A stretch of 64,000 nt of DNA. Source: the human T2T-CHM13v2.0 reference genome, Homo sapiens. The translations under genes were made by a program, and so were the position numbers. Location: the NCBI GenBank assembly GCA_009914755.4, contig CP086569.2, positions 2,752,001-2,816,000 of the forward strand, written 5' to 3'. Under the pieces are notes generated by a model. It searched no databases, was not told where the DNA came from, and saw nothing but the letters and a program-made list of their open reading frames with translations. Shown piece by piece: positions 13,221-25,200 of this stretch. Position 1 is the stretch's first letter, and each line of letters starts with the position of its first letter.

Positions 13221-13873
13221 GGCAGGAGAATAGGGCTTGGAGGCAGGTAACCTAAGGCCAATTCGTGCTGAGTCACAGAAAAACATCAAGCTCTGTGGGC
13301 AAGGAATCTAAGGGCAATTCACTCTGACTTTTCAAAGCTGGATCAAAAGGAAAACACCTGGGTCTGGGGGCAGGGAACCTAAGGCCAATTAACACAAAAT
13401 TCCTAAAGCTAAACCAAAAGGAAAAACCCCATCTCCCACAGGGAGTAACAAAGGAACAAGGCTACTCTCCCAACAACCCTCCCTCCCCCTTCCACCGTCT
13501 CAGTTGGAAAGGGAGAGTACCTTGGATTAGCCACAGGCCAAGCAGGGACCATCCCTTTATCTGCATTGGGCACCAATTCACAGCAGCCTTTAACCACAGA
13601 CCAAATCCTTCATCCAGATAAGGGGTAGTCCAAGAACCTCAAACAGAGTTCTTAAAGCCCAGAAACTTTTGTAACTGGGCCATGGGGCCGCTTGCTGGGA
13701 CCCACTCTCTCCCTGCAGAGTGCTTTCTCGCTTTAATAAATTCCTGCTTTCACTGCTTCGTTCTTGCATTTCATTTCTCTGCTACTTTGTGCGTTTTGTT
13801 CAATTCTTTGTTTAAAACGCCAAGGACCTAGAGAGTGTGTAGTCAAGACCCACTACCGGTAATAATTTTGTAT
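13221..13873 (+). mobile_element. LTR-like (possibly a solo ERV LTR) ~650-bp insertion inside L1 'B'
   Basis: It interrupts contiguous L1 sequence between '..gcagattgatttt' and 'aattttgtatcatgaaacttttctgaag..', with a possible 'atttt' TSD. It holds three tandem ~65-bp subrepeats containing 'aacctaaggccaatt' at 13249, 13300 and 13375, a U3-enhancer-like arrangement. A polyadenylation signal 'aataaa' sits at 13733 and is followed by a U5-like tail. Family not identified. Confidence 0.4.
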
Positions 13874-15155
13874 CATGAAACTTTTCTGAAGCTGGTTACC
13901 AGATCTAAGAACTTTGGGGCAGAGACTATGAGGTCTTCTAGGTATAAAATCGTATCAACTACAAAGAGAGATGGTTTGAATTCCTCTCTTCCTATTTGGT
14001 TGCCTTTCATTTCTTTGCTTGATTGCTCTGGCTAGGACATTCAGTACGATGTTCACTAGAATTGTGGAGAGTGGGCACCCTTGTCTTGTTCCATTTCCCT
14101 AGGGAAATGTTTCCAGTTTTTGCCTGTTTCCTAAGATGTTGGCCATGTGTTTGTCATAGATGGCTCTTATCATTTTGAAGTATGTTTCTTCAATGCCTAA
14201 TTTGGTGAGAGTTTTAAACATGAAAGAATGCTGATTTTTGCTGAAAGCCTTTTCTGCATCTATTGAGATGATCGTTTTTTAAAAGTTCTTTTTATGTAAT
14301 AGACCACATTTATTGATTTGCATGTGTGGAACCAACCTTGCCTCCCAAAGATAAAGTCGACTTGATCATGGTGGATTAGCTTTTTGATGTGCTGCTGGAT
14401 TCATTTTGCCAGTTTTTTTTCTTTCTTTCTTTCTTTTTTTTTTTTTTTGAGCATTTTGGCAGTGTTTGTTGTTGTTGCTGTTGTCATTGTGTCTCTGCCA
14501 GGTTTGTTATCAGAATAATGCTGGCCGCATAGAAGAGTTAGGCAGGAATCCCTCCTCTTAAGTTTTTGGAACAGCTTCAGTTAGAATGGTACCAGCTCTT
14601 CTTTATACATCTTGTAGAATTCAGCTTTTAATTAATCTGGTTTTGGGCTTTTTCTGGTTGGTAGGCTTTTTATTACTGATTCAATTTTGGAACTCATTAT
14701 TGGTCTGTTCAGCATTTGAATTTCTTCCTAGTTCAATTTTGAGAGGTTGTATGCTTCTCAGAATTTATTCATTTTTTCTAGGTTTTCTAGTTTGTGTTCA
14801 TAGAGGTGTTTGTAATAGTCACTGATGATTTTTGTATTTCTGTGAATGTTGTGATAATGTCCTCTGTCATTTTTGGTTGTATTTACTTGGATCTTGTCTT
14901 TTTTTTTCTTTTCTTTATTATTCTAGCTAGCAGTCCATCAATCTTATTTATTCTTTCAAAAAACAAACCTAGTTTTATAAAAATTTTCTGTATTTTTTGT
15001 GTCAATTGTATTCAGGTCTAATTTTGCTTATTTCTTTTGTTTTCTGCTTGCTTCTGAGTTGGTTTATGCTTACTTTTCTAGTTCTTCTACATTTGATGTT
15101 CAATTGTTAATAGAGATCTTCATGATAGTTATTTGAACATATTTATCATGGCTCC

Positions 15156-15344
15156 TTTAAGTCTTTTTCTGTTATATCTGATAGCTCCTCATTTTTACAT
15201 ACTTTTCCCATTGTTTCCTTTTTTCTGTGTATCATTCACATATTCCTATTTATTTGCATATCTTGTAGTTTTTTGATAACTGAACGTTATAGGTCATATA
15301 TTGTGGCAATTTGGGGTACTAAGTTTTTTTTTTTCCTGTCTCTG
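15156..15344. repeat. Right arm of the long inverted repeat (reverse complement of 11769-11957)
   Basis: 'tttaagtctttttctgttatatctgatagctcctcatttttacatacttttcccattgtttccttttttctgtgtatcattcacatattcctatttatttgcatatcttgtagttttttgataactgaacgttataggtcatatattgtggcaatttggggtactaag(t)11cctgtctctg'. Confidence 0.9.
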
Positions 15345-16895
15345 TTTCTGTTGTTGCTTACTTTGTTATTATTATGATTTTTAACCTGGCTAGGCCATTT
15401 TAGTGAAATTGATCACTACAGCAGTTTGAAGCCTTTTGTGTTCCTCCTTTGAAGTCACCTACATGGCTGTGTATAATCACCCTGAGATTGTAGTGGCTTT
15501 GTCAGAGATCTCTTTGATTATCTCTTTTCATATTTTTTCTGTAAAACTCTCTGCGTCATTTGGTATTATTTCCCTCCAGTTCAGCTTCATTATCAGCTGA
15601 TTTCTCTATTGTATTCAGCAATACCCTGAGTGAACTATTGCTCAGCAATTTGATCCAGTTAAGTTGGGTCAGGAATAGTATTTAAGGCCAGTCTTTAAAC
15701 TTTGTCATGACTTTAGGGTCGCTATTCTTAGCTACATTTTTTCATACATTCTGGTAAAGTATCTGGCCTATGTTTCAGATTGCTGATCTTGATTGAGAAG
15801 AGCCATTGCTACTGAGAGTGTCCTTAATTTAAAACTCCTACATGTTCTATAAAGTCATATTTTGTAAGGGGAGCTTCATAGCTCTCTTTCCTTATACTCT
15901 TCCCTTCTCTCTGGCTAACTATATGACTAACTACTCTGGGCACTAGGCAGGCCACTAGACTGTGTTCTCTTATGCTTGCCTCTCCTAACATGGAAACTGC
16001 CCAATAAATGAGCTAGGGCAAGAGCATTTGGGGGTCCCAGAATTCTCAGCTTACCACATTGGGGTTAGAGCTTCTATCCTCTATGTAGAGACTGGGTGTA
16101 GGTAAAAGGTCCCACTTCTTGGTCACACTCACTATTAATTTGGCCTCTTTAACTAGGAGTTGGAGGAGATAAAACATGTTGATGACCTACCCCTCTAGGT
16201 GAGAGATAGAGTAAACCTTAATTTGGATTTCAGAGTAGAGAGTCTATCTTCTTGGCTATATCCACCTGATATAAAATTTCTGTCAAGATGAGCCCAGGAT
16301 AGGTGAAGGAGAAGGTCTCAGATACCATGGGGTCTCTGTGCTCTTATTAAGTTTTAGTAGATTTTTAAAATAACTTAGTTTTGTTAATTAGGACGATTTC
16401 TAGGGACATTAAGTGGTTGTGATTTTAAATGTTTTTATGCTAGTTAGGCATTTTTCACAAGGGAGTGTCTCTGTGAAACACTACATGTCATCATTCTTAA
16501 AGAAAAGCACTCTAGTTGGTTTGTTAAAATGAGCATGTATGCAAGGAAAAAAAATTATCAGACAATAAACATTATACATAGTTTTAATTGCATTGATGGG
16601 AGTGGGAGTTTTGCATTTTCACATCTTACATAATGGATGAACAGAGAACTTTAGTTCTTAGTAAGAAAACAAAAACATTGAACCATGGATAGAACAGTGG
16701 GGAGCTCTCTTTTGAACAACTTGTAGGTTGATGAGTAAATCAACACTAGCACTTATGTCTATCCAGAAAATAATCAGGAGATTATCACAGCTCATGAGAT
16801 AAGCACAGTAGATACGTTATAGCTTTTAAACAAATTTCTTTCTAAACACAATAAAAGGAGAAATTTAATTGTTTTGCTTAAGATAAAAACCTAAG

Positions 16896-17192
16896 TAGGC
16901 TGGGCGCGGTGGCTCACGCCTGTAATCCCAGCACTTTGGGAGGCTGAGGTGGGTGGATAAGGAGGTCAGGAGGTCGAGATCATCCTGGCCAACATGGTGA
17001 AACCCCATGGCTACTAAAAATACAAAAATTAGCCAGTGTAGTGGCGTGCACCCGTAGTCCCAGTTACTCAGGAGGGTGAGGCAGGAGAATCGCTTGAACC
17101 CAGGAGGTGGAGGTTACAGTGAGCTGAGACAGCACCGTTGCAGCTTGGGCGACAGAGCAAGACTCGGTCTTCAAAAAAAAAAAAAAAAAGAA
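16896..17192 (+). mobile_element. Alu SINE (forward, full length, long A-tail) with a target-site duplication
   Basis: 'ggctgggcgcggtggctcacgcctgtaatcccagcactttgggaggctgaggtgggtggat...gcaagactcggtcttcaaaaaaaaaaaaaaaaag'. The flanking direct repeats are 'aaaacctaagta' (16884-16895) and 'aaaaaccctaagta' (17206-17219). Confidence 0.9.
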
Positions 17193-20100
17193 AGATAAAA
17201 GAAAGAAAAAAAAACCCTAAGTAAAAGTGAAGAAATATGCATATTATATTGAAGTATTAGAAAAAGTGAACTAATAGACAATAGATTATTCTAAGTGAGA
17301 TCAATTGCAAAATAAAATTTATGAAGAGAAAAGCCCACAATTACAATGAAAAACAGAGTAACAGAAAAACACTCAACAAAGCAAATAAAAGTAAAATTAT
17401 TCTTTGAACTGACTTTATACAAATTTGAGTAAAATGATTAATTTGTAAGAAAATTATAATTACCAATAAATTGACTCAAGAAGCAATAGAAAAGCTACTC
17501 AGATGAGTATTATATACAATATTGAGTACATTTTCAAAGGGTTATACTATGAATTTTTTCTGGCCCAGAAAATTTTGCAGGCAGTTTTTGCAGTATGTTT
17601 AAGAACAGATAATTTTGTTGCTATTTAGCTATTCCTAAGTATAGAGAACAAAGAAAAAAATTATGCTTTTTTTTCAAGATTCAAGAATAAGTGAAATATG
17701 CTTAGCACACTGGTAGTGTGCTACTTTGTTTATTTTCATTATTACTAAATCATCATAACATTGTAACCAATGTCTGACAAAGACAGATCTAGGAGAAAAT
17801 AAGAATACCAATTCACCTCACTGATAGACACTGACACACACATTTTTGATAATATGTAACTGCACTGCCTCCTGTAATACATGCATAAAAATTACATCAT
17901 GATCAATTAAGATTAACCTGGGAATGCAGAGATCATACAGTCATAGTTTTATCTATTTTAGCTAATTCACCATTTTGATAAAAATGAAAAATGATCTTAA
18001 TGATAAAAGTAAATTTGATATAATTAACAACTAATTTTCTAATCACAACATTTAAGTAAATCAGCCCCCCAAATTAATCTCTCTGTGCAAATATCAAAGA
18101 CTAACTAAACTTACAAAATTTGCATTTGATTATATTTAGAGGGTATTATCCAACAAACTAATGTACTTACTGCTTGGAAAAAGCAAGTCTCTGTGATTCT
18201 GGAATACCTGTCAGTCAGCTCTGAGATTACTTTCTTATGTTAAGAAATACTTGTCTATCAACTGTGAGATTACTTTCCTTTGCTTCTTAATCCTATGTAT
18301 TTTATTTTGGCATTTAAAATTAGTATTCTGTGAAGGGATCCATTTTTTTTTTACTGACAAAGAGGTGCACAGAACAAAAAAAAATGAGTAAATATAGCTC
18401 CTGTTTGGCAGCCTCCTTTGTATGGCTTTAGCTCTAACCATTGTTAGAGCTAATGGTCTCAATATCACCATTTCTTCCTTTTTGTCCCTTGAGAGCTAAT
18501 GGTTACAAGGACTTCTTTCTGTTGCTAGTTACCAGATGCCTCAATCTGCCTCATTGGTTCTCTTAATCTTGCCATAATTTGCGGAATAGTCCTTTCCTTA
18601 AATATTCTTCAATTCCAGGCTTAGCAGGTCTTCTGTTTCCTTTGAAGATAAGTAGCAAATATATTATCCTGCCTTTATGGACAGAATTTTTGCATAGGCA
18701 GAATAGGCAAGGGAGTTAGCTTTATAAAGTTTGATGAGAATTGTGTCAATACAGAGCTCCTTTGCTAAATATATATGACTTGCATAATGAAATACTAAAA
18801 TCCTCTACTAACTTCTTTTAGATATCATACTCTACAGATGTCCCTCATTTTAAAATTCAGATGTTCTCTGGAGGTCTAACATATTCAGTTCCTTAAAAAG
18901 AAATATTATTTTTCTTTATTAACCAGACGTGCTGCTCCTTTGCCTGTGAAGTCCTGAGTACTGAAAGAGGTTCAAGTAATACGGAAAAATGATGTTATTT
19001 TAAAAGGCAAACTTCCTCTTCTGTCTACTTTTCCATTTTGTCATGGGCCATCTATGACATCACTTATAAAGGAAATACAAGAAGTAATATTTCTGCACTT
19101 TGAGTTTTAGTGAGTAAATAAAAAATTGTACACATTCAAATCCTATACAGTACAAGCATTTATTAGTGTTATACTCCTATATTCTTGTTTCTGCTTGTGC
19201 CTGGGTGCAGAAGAAATTGCAAAACATTGGGAGTGATGTCTTATTTATGTACTATCCTCTGGAGCATCATCAATGTCTGCTAGAATGACTTATCACAACT
19301 GGTCTGTGGTGCCACCCTCTGTCCCTACCTTAACTACTTTGTTGCAACTGAGCTTGTCCTAAATTTTGGACATATGCTAACTTTGACTGCTGACATTTCT
19401 GGAATGTGCAGTGGCCTGTATTCATAAGAATCACAGACTTTGAACCTTCCTTGTCATAAGCCCGGGCCTATTTTGGCCATCAGTTCTCTCAACACTCTTA
19501 CACCTTCCCATTAGGTAGGGCATGCAGAAATTTCTGGTTCTACTCCATGGCCCATTGGGACAATGTGAAACAGAGAAATAAATCATCTTAGATACTCTAT
19601 TTACCAGAACATAAAATATATTCAACTGTACTCCATTGAACTATCTCATGTTGGCATGTAACATACTGTAATGATGTCTTCCTCCAGAGTTCCAAATAAT
19701 AAGTGATACAGAAACACATTTTGTTTGTTTGTTTTCCTCACTTACACTCTCAATCTTATAATTCTATCTATCCATATGCCCAGTGCCCAGGGGGCCTAAT
19801 ACTGCCTCCTTTAAATATTTCCGTCATCATCTCATGTCCATGTAGTATTCTTTTTGCCTCCCTTCATTGTGGACACTGCCCTTGAATGATACCTTGTGTT
19901 TTCAAATATATAAGAGAGAAGGGAGAGTACAGTAGGAGCTGAAAATAGAGAGTTCTGAAGTAATACCTTTTAACTTGCTATTAGGACTCTTAACTTTACT
20001 TTGTGTGGAATAAAAAGCATTGGAAAGTTTTGAGCAGTGGAGAGGTATGACAAAACATTTTAGAAGAATCAGTATGGCTGCCACACTGAGAATAGATCAT

Positions 20101-20384
20101 AGCGTGGTGGTGGCCAAAACAGAGACTAATTAGAGGCTATTGCCATAACACAGGTGACAGATACTGGCTTGGAGCAAAGCTGTAGCAGTTGAAGGGGTGA
20201 AAAGTGTCGAGTTTTAGATGATTTTTTTTTCGTGGAAGAGATGACAGTGTTTTCTTGTGGGCTGGAAGTAGGGCTTAAGAGAAAGGCTTTAAGAATAATT
20301 AAAAAGAGACTGCTGACTGCTTGCCATTTTCTTTCTTAATAACAAATTATCCTTATTATTGGAGGTGGGAATATTTTCAAGTTA

Positions 20385-20445
20385 TAAAAGAAGGAAGAGA
20401 AGGAGGAGGGGAAGAAGGAAGAGGAGAAAGAGAATTCATTTCTCA
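20385..20445. repeat. Polypurine (GA-rich) tract
   Basis: 'aaagaaggaagagaaggaggaggggaagaaggaagaggagaaagagaa' is all purines on the + strand. Confidence 0.8.
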
Positions 20446-20589
20446 GCTTCTCTTTCAAATGAAAGTAGCCAAGAAAATGCAATGATAAAATTGCCTGGTG
20501 GAGCTTTTGGGAATGCACTTTAAAATGAGTTGCTTAGCTAGAATGTTTACTTTATTGTACTCATCTTTTCTTTTTAAAAATTTTTTTGT

Positions 20590-20705
20590 TTTTAAAATTT
20601 TGTGTAGGTACATAGTAGAGGTCCATCTTCATGGTGTACATGAGATACTCTGATACAGGCATGCAACGTGAAATATGCACATTATATAGCATGTACTCAT
20701 CTTTT
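20590..20705 (-). mobile_element. L1 3'-end fragment (reverse)
   Basis: 'gtaggtacatagtagaggtccatcttcatggtgtacatgagatactctgatacaggcatgcaacgtgaaatatgcacattat' is the reverse complement of the L1 3'UTR terminus (compare 23250 and 25040). Confidence 0.6.
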
Positions 20706-21525
20706 GTTCCTTTCTGCTATCTGGAATATGGACTAAAATACCAAGATGTTTGCAAATGATGCATTTTAAGCCCTAAACTGGTAACAGTGGTTGTCTATAT
20801 CTAAAATATTTGTCAAATAGGAAAAAATCATTCTTGTGTTTAAACCACTGTAATCAGGTCTCCATTACTTGTATTTTAGCTTAAATTCTAAGTAAAACAA
20901 ATGAATTCAAGATTTTTGTTCTTAGCAGATCTAATGATGGCACTGCCATTTACTGAGAAGGAGAAAGCAGTTGGGAGGAGCAGATTTTGAGGGAAAACCA
21001 GGAGCTCAGTTTTGCATGCGTTAAGTTTTTGATGCCCATTAGATATCTATGTACAAATTTTTAGTAGGTATCTGGCCATATGAGTCTGGATATCATGGAG
21101 TCTTAGAAATAATTATGTGAAATGCCTGATACCTGTGAGTGATGTCTAAAGCCAGTACAAACTTTATAATTTCCCAAATGCTATTGATATATTTAAAACA
21201 GTTTATTTCAAATCGTCTTTATTTTTTGTATAATCAGAAAAATATTAGTTCATAATTAATGTATAAAAATGGGTAAATATCCTTTCTGCTTTGTTTTCTT
21301 TTACCACAATGGCATCACAATGAAGATTTACTAAATTAAATAAAGTTGATTTCAGCTAACATCTTCAAATCTTTGTAATATCCTGGATGCCAATGTATTT
21401 AAGTCAACTTGGACAAAACTATATTCAGTATAATAAATAAAATACTAATAAGATCACTAATTCTATTATGTAATTACAATTTATTTGTGACAATGTTCAT
21501 TAGTACCAAAATAGTTATATATGTA

Positions 21526-21547
21526 AACACACACACACACACACACA
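21526..21547. repeat. (AC)n microsatellite
   Basis: 'acacacacacacacacacacat'. Confidence 0.9.
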
Positions 21548-22145
21548 TATATGTATATACATATTTGTTTTTGTATTTAAAAATACGTGAGCAATAAAGA
21601 ACAAAAATATTAATAGTTCTATCAAAACACTAAGAGAAAATATTTCTATATTCATGACCGTTGATTAACATGACTAGCTAATCCATACATGCTTGAGATT
21701 TAGGAATATATCAAAAAAACAAATAGTAATAAATATGAAAATTATTACCCATTGAAGCCATCCAACCTAAGCAGCAATCTTAGTACTGGCTGATCCTGCA
21801 TTGTTACAGAAGTATGGGTGATTATATTTCCAAAGATTCTTTTCCTATAAAAACCTTGTTCTGCACAAGCAGAATATCAAAATTTCTATTCACATTTTAC
21901 CACTATAGTTGTATTTTTTTTACTCACACTGTAGTTACTTAGAGGAAAATTAGTACCATAAACTTATACTTTTATTATCTTATGGCATTCTCCTCATTTT
22001 TGATCCTGCATTTATGAGCTTACATTCAGCCAGGAGCTTATTATTATCCATTTATAAGCAGCCAATAAAATAGTAAATTATACATTTGAAAGCCGGGCTT
22101 ACTGAGATTTTTAAAAGTTCACTGCATTTATTTTCTTTTCTGTAG

Positions 22146-22207
22146 TAGAAATGTGCTACAACCACTCAAGGTCTGCAAACAGATTCCTATTTAGATGTTG
22201 TTGAGAG
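22146..22207 (+). other. Exon-like 62-nt segment flanked by a strong splice acceptor and donor (speculative)
   Basis: Upstream 'tttattttcttttctgtag|' gives a polypyrimidine tract plus AG. Downstream is 'ttgagag|gtaagtac', a near-perfect U1 donor consensus. All three frames contain a stop, so if it is real it would be non-coding or UTR. Confidence 0.15.
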
Positions 22208-23249
22208 GTAAGTACAACTAGTTCTCATTAATATTTCATGTCCTATGTGCCATACTTACACTGCCATTTTGTAGTCATTTGTCCTACAGCTAAAGATTAA
22301 TTTATAATCAGATACGTGAAATCTGATATGTGCATTAAGCTTGATTATACCTGACTGTGTCTTCACGAAGATAATTGTAAATGACATATTAATTAATTTG
22401 CAAGTGTGTTCGGTTTACATTACATATAGTATCACAGACAACATTACACATATGATAATTTGCCATTAGTCCTAAATATTAATAATATGATTTCTCAATG
22501 AGTCTGAAACATTTTCAAGATACTAGAAATTTGTGACAGATGCCTTTTACATCTGTGAGAATCCAGAATATTATTCTTTAAAATGCATTTTCTCATAAAT
22601 AGCTCATTAACTTTCTCATTGTTCTCAGTTGTAAATCTGTAAAAAGCAATTTTGTTCCCTTGTCTGTAATAAGAAATCTTTTGCACTCATTAAGATAATT
22701 AAAGCATTACTAGTGTGCATGCTCACTATATTCAAAACATTTTCTACTTGATATGAGTTGTCATGGCATTATCAAGACCGGAGGGGGCGGAAAGAAAAAA
22801 ATAAAATAGCGTCAGCCTATGGTTATGCTCTTTGAATTTGAATATGATTAAGTGCATCTTTAATTTGTTTCTGAGTCATAGTTTAAAATAAAAACTGGAG
22901 AGCATTTTGTAGGAGCAATACTGCCCTTTTGTTCAATTTCCTTCTTTTAATTCAACAGAACACTTAATAAAATCATACATTTTAGAAAGTTTTGGAAATT
23001 TTTTTGGTCTTTTTATTACAGTTAGGTAGGGGTTTTATTTCCTCATGTGTTTGCTTTATTTTGCTTGGGTAAAGAAATGTTTTCAAATTTAGTTTATGTC
23101 TTTACATTATACATGTAGTCCAGGATGTTAGCTGGTAACAAAATTATCAAAGCAAAATAGGTGTTTATGCTATGGGTTCCTTGATCTCCTACTCTTAGGC
23201 TTTTTGAGACACATTCACTTTTACCATTTTGATCTTTTAAATTTCTTTT

Positions 23250-23745
23250 TATTTTTAATTTTTGTGGGCACATAGTAGGGCATATATTTACGAGGCACAT
23301 GAGTGATTTTGATACTGGCATACAATGCATTATAATCACATCAGGTTAAATGGAGTATCCATCACCTCAAGCATTTATCATTTCTTTGTATTACAATCTA
23401 ATTCTACACTTCTAGTTATTTTTCAATGTATAATAAATTAGCATTGACTATAGTCACCCTGATGTGCTATGACATACTAGATCTTATTCATTCTATCCAA
23501 CTATTTTTTGCACCCATTAGCCATAGTCACTCTGCCCCAATCTTCCCACTACCCTTCCCAGTCTCTGGTACCCATCCTTCTACTCTTTATCTCTATGAGT
23601 TTAATGGTTTTAATTTTTAGCTCCCACAGATAAATGAGAACATGCAAAGTTTTTCTTGCTGACCTGGCTTATTCACTTAACCTAATGACCTCCAGTTCCA
23701 TCTATGTTGCAAATGACAGGATATCATTCTTCACATTTCATTCAC
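23250..23745 (-). mobile_element. L1 3' end (reverse), older subfamily
   Basis: 'tttgtgggcacatagtagggcatatatttacgaggcacatgagtgattttgatactggcatacaatgcattataatcacatcaggttaaatggagtatccatcacctcaagcatttatc...tagtcaccctgatgtgctatgacatactagatcttattcattct...ttttagctcccacagataaatgagaacatgcaaagttt...ccagttccatctatgttgcaaatgacagg' is the reverse complement of the L1 ORF2 C-terminus and 3'UTR. Confidence 0.85.
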
Positions 23746-24159
23746 AAATGGTATGACAAGCTGTAGTAGACAGAAATTATTTTTTGGTTTAATCTCACAT
23801 GCCCCTTTTATCTTTATGGGGAACTAAACTATTTTTCTGGGAACTACTCCTTTCCCCACCTTAATCCCTATAGGTGTTTTGTTTTGTTTTGCTACAACTC
23901 TTATTATGTTATCTTACTTATTTTATGCCTGTTGCTCCATCCAGGTGTGGGCAGTTTATCTTATTGAGCGAATCATTTCTTCAATGAACACTTTATTAAT
24001 TATACAGAAAAGTATGAGTGATTCCAACTTAAGAAGTTTTAAATTGTGGTGATGTCAGCTCTATTAATAGGCTAATAAAAACTTTTAAGATTAGGCCTGG
24101 TCATGGGAATACGTTTTCAGGAATCGTTTCATGAAAAAACACACAAAAATGTTTTACTT

Positions 24160-24795
24160 ATGGTTCTGTATTCCTCAAAATTCTCCAGAGACACAGAATA
24201 AAAAGATAAATAGATATAAAGATAGATAGGTGATAGATGGATAGATAGATAGATAGATAGATGATAGATAGATAGATAGGAAAATAAATATATGTGAGGG
24301 GTTTATTAGGGGAATTGGCTCAAATTATTATGGAAGCTGAGATGTCCCACACTAGATCATCTGTAAGCTGAAGAACCAGAGAAACTACTAGCATGCTCAG
24401 TCCCATTTGGAAGGTCTAAGAACCGAGAAAGCCAACGATGGAAGTCTCAATCTGAGTCCAATGGCAGGAGAGCCCCAGTAGACTGCAAGTGCAATTCCCA
24501 GAGTCAAATGGCAGAACAACCTAGAGTTTTGATGCTCAAGGGCAGCAGAAGGGTGTGCTACTCCAAAAGAGAGAAAGATATAATTGACCCTTCTACCCTT
24601 TTTTGTTTAATAAGAGCCCTTAGCCAATTGGATGGTGTTTGCCCATGTTGAGGGTGGAATTTCCCCACTTAGTTGACTGGCTCACATACCAGTTCTTCTC
24701 CAAAAACACCCTTACAGACAAATCCAGAAACAATGTTTTATTAGTCATCTAGGCATCCTTCAATCCAGTCAACAACTAAAATTTACTATCACAGG
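24160..24795. repeat. Old interspersed repeat, copy 2 (same family and orientation as 781-1340), with an internal (GATA)n
   Basis: 'ttctccagagacacagaataaa...gaggggtttattaggggaattggctcaaa...gatggtgtttgcccatg...cttacagacaaatccagaaacaatgttttattagtcatctaggcatccttcaatccagtcaac' is collinear with 781-1340. The (GATA)n lies at 24203-24290. Confidence 0.55.
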
Positions 24796-25039
24796 TGTCC
24801 ACTGGTTTTTCTCTTCTATTTTCAATGACTCTTGATTGTGAGTTACAGAAAATGAAATTAAGCACAAATCAAAGTGTACTGGAAGAATCCCAGGGACCTT
24901 ATAAAATAATAAAAATATGGAAGGAGAAAAAAACAAAGGATGGCCAGTGATTTGATTATCACCAGAGTTTTTTTATACCTTGTCTTTCTTTCTAAATGTC
25001 CAATGTTTTATTTCATTTTGTATTTTAAATTGTGTTTAT

Positions 25040-25200
25040 TTTTAATTTTTGTGAATACATAGTAGGTATATATATTTATGGGTCACATGGGATATTTTGA
25101 TACAGGCATGCAATGCATAATAATCACATCAGGGTAAATGGGGTTTCCTTCGACTCAAGCATTTATCCTTTGTGCTACAAACAATGCAATTATATTAGGG
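25040..25200 (-). mobile_element. L1 3'-end fragment (reverse)
   Basis: 'gtgaatacatagtaggtatatatatttatgggtcacatgggatattttgatacaggcatgcaatgcataataatcacatcagggtaaatggggtttcc...caagcatttatcc'. Confidence 0.7.
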
